Source: Gemmatimonadales bacterium
GTDB taxonomy: Bacteria; Gemmatimonadota; Gemmatimonadetes; Gemmatimonadales; GWC2-71-9
Assembly (NCBI GenBank): GCA_038321865.1
Contig: JBBQFH010000008.1
Location: 1 to 64,000, forward strand
DNA: 64,000 nucleotides
Direction: 5' to 3'
Below, piece by piece: positions 58,709-64,000 of the stretch; the first letter of the stretch is position 1, and every line of letters begins with the position of its first letter. A program made the translations under genes and the position numbers. The notes beneath the pieces are model-generated. The model made no database searches. It was given only the letters and a program-made list of their open reading frames with translations, and had not been told where the DNA came from.

Positions 58709-60869
58709 GGCGTTGCGGCCGGTGCGGGATCCACTGCGGACCGCACTGCGCCCCGGGCCCCCGGCGCCGGCCGGCCAGGTGGTCCGGTCGCTCGTGGCCG
58801 GGGTCGCCCCCGCGCGGGCAGCCGATCAGCCGCCTGACTGGCTCTACGACGGGCAGCGCTACGCGTACGCGCGCGCGATCGCGGCCCTGAGACGGTTCCG
58901 CGGGGCGCTCCTGGCCGAGCCCACCGGCAGCGGCAAGACGTTCATCGCCCTGGCGGTGGCGCGGGCCTTCCAGCGGCCGCCCGTCGCGTGTCTCGTGCCC
59001 GCGGCGCTCGCGGCCCAGTGGCGCGCGACCGCCGCGACACTCGGCGTTTCCGTCGTGATCGGGTCCCACGAGCAGGCCAGCCGGGGCCGGCTGCCCCGGG
59101 GAACCCGTGGACTCGTGCTGATAGACGAGAGCCATCACTTCCGCCATCCCGACATCCGCCGCTATGCCCACGTCGCGGATTTTCTCGTGGGCCGTCCGGC
59201 GCTGCTGCTCACCGCCACGCCGGTCGTCAACCGGATTGAGGACCTCTCCCATCAGCTACGGCTCGCCGTGCGCGACGATGCGCTGGCAGGAGAAGGCCTC
59301 ATCTCGCTCCTTGGGCTCGAACGGGGTGGCCGGGGCGCGCTCGCGGCCGTCGTGATCAGCTCGGCGCATTGCCCCGGCGTGCCGGCCCGGGCGCACCGGA
59401 CGGTCACACCTGACGACACGGCGGGTGAGGCAAGGGTTCTCGCCGCCATGGACCGTCTCGCGCTCTCCAGCGATCCCTCGATCGCGGGCCTGATCCGGGC
59501 GGTGCTGCTTCGGGCCATGGCGTCGAGTCCCGGATCACTCCACGGCGCGCTGCGCCGATATCGGCGGCTCCTGCTCCAGGCGGCGGATGCGGCGGCCGGC
59601 GGGCGGGCCGTCTCGCGTTCCGCGATACGCGCGTGGGCCGGGGCAAGTGGAGACCAGCTGATCCTCTGGTCTCTCATGCCGGATGACAAGGTCAGCCCGG
59701 ACCTGATGCTCGGCGACGCCGAGCCGCTGGAGCCCCTGCTCGCCATGGCCGCCGCCCTGGTCAGCGCTCCGGATCCCAAGCTCGGTCACCTCCGCGAGCT
59801 GCTCTCCGACGGCGCGCGGACGCTCGTTTTCACCGGGGCGCGCGATACCGTGTCCTACCTTAGGCGGCGACTGGAGGTGCCGACCGCCTGGTGCACCGGC
59901 GAGCGCTCCGGAATCGGGCCCACCACGGTATCACGCGCCGCCGTGCTCGCCCGCTTTGCGCCGGGAGCGCGGGGCGGCCCGCACGTCCTGCTCGCGACGG
60001 ATGTCGCCGCGGAGGGTCTCGATCTTCAGGGCGCCGAACGCGTGGTGCATTACGATCTGCCCTGGACCGCGACCCGGCTCGCGCAGCGGGAGGGCCGGGT
60101 CGCGCGACTGGGCTCGCGGCACCAGGCAGTCGACGTCGTCCGGTTCGACCCGTCGGCCGCGCTGGAGCGGCGCCTGCGGCAGCTCGACGCGCTGGCACGC
60201 TCGGCCAGTGCCCCAGTCGAGGTCGGATTCGGAGAGACCGACATCTGGCGCTGGCGCGATGCGGTGGCCCGGCGCTTCGGCGACACTCCCGCCGCGGCGG
60301 GCGTGGCCTGCATTGCCTCGCCCAATCGTGGCGTGCTCGCCGGTGTGACCCTCTGCGGCGTGGACCCTCACGATCCTCATCGGCAGCCGGGCGCGCTACT
60401 CTGGCTGGGCGCCAACGGGAACATTCTGCGGGATCCCGAGTGGCTGGTGAGCCGCCTGGCCGAAGCGAGCTCGGCGCAGGAGGCGCCGGTGGACGAATCG
60501 CGCGTTTCCGCCGCGATCGCAGCACTCACGGCCGAGATCGCAGCCATGCTGCGACGCGTGGGGCGGATGCGCTGGCAGCAGGCCGACTCGTCCGGCGGCG
60601 CCGCCGCCGTACGTGATCGCCTGACCGCCCTGGCGCGTGACGCCGCACGGAAGCGCGACCGGCCGCTGCTGGCCAGACTCGACGGCGTGCTGGCGGTCGC
60701 CGCGGGCGGGCACACGGCCGGAGAGATCCGGCTGCTCGGCCGGCTGGCCCACGTGGACGACGCCTCCCTGATGGCTGCACTGTCCGGACTCCCGCCGGCC
60801 GCGGCGGAGCCGCGAAACGTCGAGGCACGGATCTCCGGCGTGATCGTCTTCGGGCCAGCGGCGCCGTGA
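58668..60869 (+). CDS. SNF2-like SF2 helicase
   Basis: LAEPTGSGKT, IDESHH, LTATP, TDVAAEGLDL, YDLPW, QREGRVARLG; 41-bp overlap with MTase. Confidence 0.88.
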   Translation: MSWHPSSVPTIVAEALRPVRDPLRTALRPGPPAPAGQVVRSLVAGVAPARAADQPPDWLYDGQRYAYARAIAALRRFRGALLAEPTGSGKTFIALAVARAFQRPPVACLVPAALAAQWRATAATLGVSVVIGSHEQASRGRLPRGTRGLVLIDESHHFRHPDIRRYAHVADFLVGRPALLLTATPVVNRIEDLSHQLRLAVRDDALAGEGLISLLGLERGGRGALAAVVISSAHCPGVPARAHRTVTPDDTAGEARVLAAMDRLALSSDPSIAGLIRAVLLRAMASSPGSLHGALRRYRRLLLQAADAAAGGRAVSRSAIRAWAGASGDQLILWSLMPDDKVSPDLMLGDAEPLEPLLAMAAALVSAPDPKLGHLRELLSDGARTLVFTGARDTVSYLRRRLEVPTAWCTGERSGIGPTTVSRAAVLARFAPGARGGPHVLLATDVAAEGLDLQGAERVVHYDLPWTATRLAQREGRVARLGSRHQAVDVVRFDPSAALERRLRQLDALARSASAPVEVGFGETDIWRWRDAVARRFGDTPAAAGVACIASPNRGVLAGVTLCGVDPHDPHRQPGALLWLGANGNILRDPEWLVSRLAEASSAQEAPVDESRVSAAIAALTAEIAAMLRRVGRMRWQQADSSGGAAAVRDRLTALARDAARKRDRPLLARLDGVLAVAAGGHTAGEIRLLGRLAHVDDASLMAALSGLPPAAAEPRNVEARISGVIVFGPAAP

Positions 60870-60911
60870 TTCCGTTTCCGCCGGGGGCCCGTGCGGCTAC
60901 GTTGTTCCTCC

Positions 60912-61562
60912 ATGATCAAGCTCGAGACAGTCCTCTTCGACCTCGACGGGACGCTGATCGACTCGGTGCGTCTCATTCTCGACAGCTACCACCACACACT
61001 GGCCGCGCACGGACTCCCGCCGCGCACCGACGACGAGTGGCTGCGCGGGGTCGGCACGCCGTTGCGAGTGCAGTTCGCGCCCTGGAAAGAGAGTCCGGGA
61101 ATCGACGCGATGATCGCGACGTACCGGGAGTACAATCTGGCGCACCATGACACCTGCGTGACGGCATACCCCGGCGTGGTGGCGGCGCTTGAGGCCGTGA
61201 GGGTCACCGGTGTCCGCACCGGGCTGGTGACGAGCAAGAACCGGAGCGGCGCGGAGCGCGGCCTTCGGCTGTGCGGCATCCTGGAAACGATGGACGTGAT
61301 CGTGGGATCGGATGACGTCGTGCATCCGAAGCCCGATCGCGAGCCGGTCGTAAAGGCGATGGCGCTGCTGGGGAGCGATCCGTCCGCCACGCTCTACGTC
61401 GGCGACAGCATTCATGACATGGAGTCGGGTCGCGCCGCGGGGGTGTGGACCGCCGGGGTGCTGTGGGGGCCCTTCGGGCGGGCCGATCTCGAGCCGGCCA
61501 CCCCGGATTACTGGCTGGACCGGCCGGCGGACCTGGTGGCGCTGGTGCGCTCAGCCACCTGA
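60912..61562 (+). CDS. HAD-family phosphatase (PpaX-like)
   Basis: FDLDGTLIDS, VTSK, KP, YVGDS..D. Confidence 0.9.
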   Translation: MIKLETVLFDLDGTLIDSVRLILDSYHHTLAAHGLPPRTDDEWLRGVGTPLRVQFAPWKESPGIDAMIATYREYNLAHHDTCVTAYPGVVAALEAVRVTGVRTGLVTSKNRSGAERGLRLCGILETMDVIVGSDDVVHPKPDREPVVKAMALLGSDPSATLYVGDSIHDMESGRAAGVWTAGVLWGPFGRADLEPATPDYWLDRPADLVALVRSAT

Positions 61563-61641
61563 GCTGCGCCTGGCTGCCGTCTGGCCGAGCCTCCCCGGCC
61601 GGGCTATTTTTGGCGACCCATCCCACGCCACGAGGCCGTAC

Positions 61642-62262
61642 ATGCGACTGCTCCCCCGCGACGAGAAGTTCTTCGACCTCTTCACCGCGGTCGCCAAGCT
61701 CAACGTGGACGCGGCCAAGCTGCTGCAGGACCTGCTCAAGGCGGGGCTGGACGGGCGGCGGCCGATCGTGGACTCGATCAAGCGGCTCGAGCACCAGGCC
61801 GACCAGATCACGCACGATGTCGTCGGCCGGCTCGATCGGACCTTCATCACGCCGCTCGACCGCGAAGACATTCATATGCTGGCGTCGCGCCTGGACGACA
61901 TCATGGACCTCATCGACGGCACGGCGCGCCGGATTCAGATGTTCCGGGCCGGGGAGCCGCCGGCTGGCGCCCTGATGCTCGCCGACGTCATTCATCGCGC
62001 CACGCTGCAGCTGCTGATCGCGGTCCAGAACCTGGAAAACAGCAAGGACGGCTCGGTGCTGGAGGCCTGCAAGCAGGTCAAGCAGCTCGAGGAGGAAGGC
62101 GATTCGCTCTACCACGAGTGGATCGGCAAGCTGTTCGAGGGCGCAACCGACGCGCTCCTCGTGATCAAATGGAAGGAAATCTACGACACGCTCGAGCGCA
62201 CGATCGACCAGGCCGAAGACGTGTCGAACGTGCTCGAATCCGTCTCGATCAAGCACGCCTGA
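61642..62262 (+). CDS. DUF47 PhoU-like Pit accessory protein
   Basis: LEHQAD, TFITPLDREDI, LEEEGD, IKWKEIY. Confidence 0.92.
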   Translation: MRLLPRDEKFFDLFTAVAKLNVDAAKLLQDLLKAGLDGRRPIVDSIKRLEHQADQITHDVVGRLDRTFITPLDREDIHMLASRLDDIMDLIDGTARRIQMFRAGEPPAGALMLADVIHRATLQLLIAVQNLENSKDGSVLEACKQVKQLEEEGDSLYHEWIGKLFEGATDALLVIKWKEIYDTLERTIDQAEDVSNVLESVSIKHA

Positions 62263-62264
62263 TC

Positions 62265-63293
62265 ATGGACGGAACGATCGCCTTCGTCCTGGTCATCATC
62301 GGCGTCGCGTTCTGCTTCGATTTCATCAACGGATTTCACGACAGCGCGAACTCGATCGCGACGGTCGTCTCCACCCGCGTGCTCTCGCCGGGCGTGGCGG
62401 TCTTCTGGGCGGCCTTCTTCAACTTCGTGGCCGCCTTCACCGTCGGCACGGCCGTCGCCAAGGCCATCGGCAAGGGACTCCTCGATCCGTCGGTGGTGGA
62501 TCCGACGCTCATCCTGTCGGCGCTGCTGGGTGCCATCGTCTGGGATCTGCTCACCTGGTATCTCGGCCTCCCGACGTCGTCGTCCCACGCCTTGCTCGGC
62601 GGGCTGGGGGGTGCGGCCATCGCCAAGGCCGGCTTCGGGGCCCTGCTCCTGCACGGCTGGATCCTGCCGGTCGTCTTCATCGTCGTTTCGCCGGTGATGG
62701 GCTTCGTCCTCGCGCTGGCCCTGACGGTCGGCCTGTCGTGGCTGCTCCGCTACCGGCGGCCCGGACCGATCGACCGCGTCTTCCGCAAGCTCCAGCTCAT
62801 CTCCGCGGCGCTCTATTCGCTCAGCCACGGCGCCAACGATGCCCAGAAGACGATGGGCATCGTGGTGGGCCTGCTGGTCGCCACCCAGGCGCATTTCGTC
62901 AATCAGCCGGGCATCCTGTCCCATCTCTACCTCCCGACCGCCGATCACATACCGCTCTGGGTCGAAATGTTCGCCTATACGGCCATCGCGCTCGGCACGG
63001 CGATGGGCGGGTGGCGGATCGTGAAGACGATGGGCAGCCGGATCACCAAGCTGCGGCCCTTCGGAGGATTCTGCGCGGAAACCGGCGGCGGGATCACGGT
63101 GCTCATCGCATCGCACTTCGGCGTGCCCGTGAGCACGACACACACCATCACCGGTGCCATCGTCGGCGTCGGTACGGCCAGTCGGGTTTCGGCGGTGAGG
63201 TGGGGGGTGGCGACCCGGATCGTCTGGGCCTGGGTGCTGACGATGCCAATGGCCGCGGTCATCGCGGCCATTTCGTACCTGCTGTTGCGCTGA
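62265..63293 (+). CDS. pit: PiT-family inorganic phosphate transporter
   Basis: NGFHDSANSIAT, GLPTSSSH, HGANDAQK, PVSTTH. Confidence 0.95.
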   Translation: MDGTIAFVLVIIGVAFCFDFINGFHDSANSIATVVSTRVLSPGVAVFWAAFFNFVAAFTVGTAVAKAIGKGLLDPSVVDPTLILSALLGAIVWDLLTWYLGLPTSSSHALLGGLGGAAIAKAGFGALLLHGWILPVVFIVVSPVMGFVLALALTVGLSWLLRYRRPGPIDRVFRKLQLISAALYSLSHGANDAQKTMGIVVGLLVATQAHFVNQPGILSHLYLPTADHIPLWVEMFAYTAIALGTAMGGWRIVKTMGSRITKLRPFGGFCAETGGGITVLIASHFGVPVSTTHTITGAIVGVGTASRVSAVRWGVATRIVWAWVLTMPMAAVIAAISYLLLR

Positions 63294-63300
63294 ACCGCGT

Positions 63301-64000
63301 TCAGGCTGCCCGGATCAGCGCCTTCCGTCCGATCACGTCCCGATAATCGCGGATCAGCAGGTCGTCAATCGCATCCCAGCGGCGCTCCGACGCGGTGCGC
63401 AGCGCGCCCGCCGCGAGCCGCCGCCTGAGTGCGCCGTCATTGAGCAGCCGGCCGAGTCCCTCCGTGAGGGCGTCCATGCTGCCGGGAGTCACCAGCCAGG
63501 CGTTGTCCCCGTGACGCGCGAATTCCATCACACCGCCCGCCGCAGCCGTCACTGACGGAATGCCCGACGCCATCGACTCGACCAGCACGTTGCCGAAGGT
63601 CTCGGTGGTGGAGGGAAACGCAAAGATGTCCGCCGAAGCGTAGGCGACGGACAGCGCGTCGCCCTCGAGCAGGCCCAGCACGTGGACCCCGGGAATGTTG
63701 CGGCGCTCGATCGCCGCCGCCAGCGGCCCGCGGCCGACCAGGGCGAGCTGCGCGGTGCCGCGCCGCGCGCCAAGCGCCTGCCAGGCATCGAGCAGCAGGT
63801 CGAGATTCTTCTCCCGCGCGAGGCGCCCGACATAGGTAACCAGCAGATCGTCGGGGCCGACGCCCAGTCCGGTGCGGAAGGCCTGGTCGCGGTGGCGGGG
63901 ATTGAACGTCGACGTATCCACGCCGCGGGTCCAGATCGCGGTGCGGTTGACGCCGCGGCCATGCAGGTGATCCTGATAAAAACTCGACGGACACAGGACG
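63301..64000 (-). CDS. GT4 glycosyltransferase, 5'-truncated by window edge
   Basis: WTRGVD, YVGRLAREKN, PSTTETFGNVLVESMASG. Confidence 0.9.
   Translation of the reverse strand, partial: VLCPSSFYQDHLHGRGVNRTAIWTRGVDTSTFNPRHRDQAFRTGLGVGPDDLLVTYVGRLAREKNLDLLLDAWQALGARRGTAQLALVGRGPLAAAIERRNIPGVHVLGLLEGDALSVAYASADIFAFPSTTETFGNVLVESMASGIPSVTAAAGGVMEFARHGDNAWLVTPGSMDALTEGLGRLLNDGALRRRLAAGALRTASERRWDAIDDLLIRDYRDVIGRKALIRAA

Noticed and set aside
55709..60869. Complete DISARM or BREX system
   Set aside because: No drmA/B/C, pglZ, brxC or brxL-like genes nearby

Overview
GC-rich bacterial chromosomal window. The gene repertoire (Ser/Thr kinase-TPR, DUF4384 protein, Tat Rieske protein, many exported hypotheticals) suggests Gemmatimonadota; this is an inference. 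Positions 1-18.3 kb form a metal/redox island just downstream of tRNA-Ala(CGC) and tRNA-Gln(CTG). It holds a cytochrome c fragment, a Cyc2-like cytochrome-porin and a small cytochrome c; a Csp3-like Cu storage protein with a DUF4396-multicopper oxidase; a CusRS-like two-component pair; a beta-barrel, an uncharacterised four-repeat His protein and CopCD; and CusCBA. A shared TCAAS-N4-STTAA motif lies upstream of all three Cu operons. Positions 18.5-64 kb are mostly housekeeping: rnz, mlaEFD, mutY, nadE, fluC, peptidases, mntR-mntH, ldcA, pit and glycosyltransferases. Unusual modules there include a MacB/LolCDE-type ABC system whose second permease appears split into complementary halves (one fused to an AttH/CrtC-like domain), a TPR-glycoside hydrolase with a TPR-beta-barrel, an apparently nuclease-less N6-adenine methyltransferase with an SNF2 helicase, and a collapsed hybrid kinase pseudogene. 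No CRISPR array, rRNA, integrase or transposase was seen. All family calls come from motif recognition by eye, not database searches.
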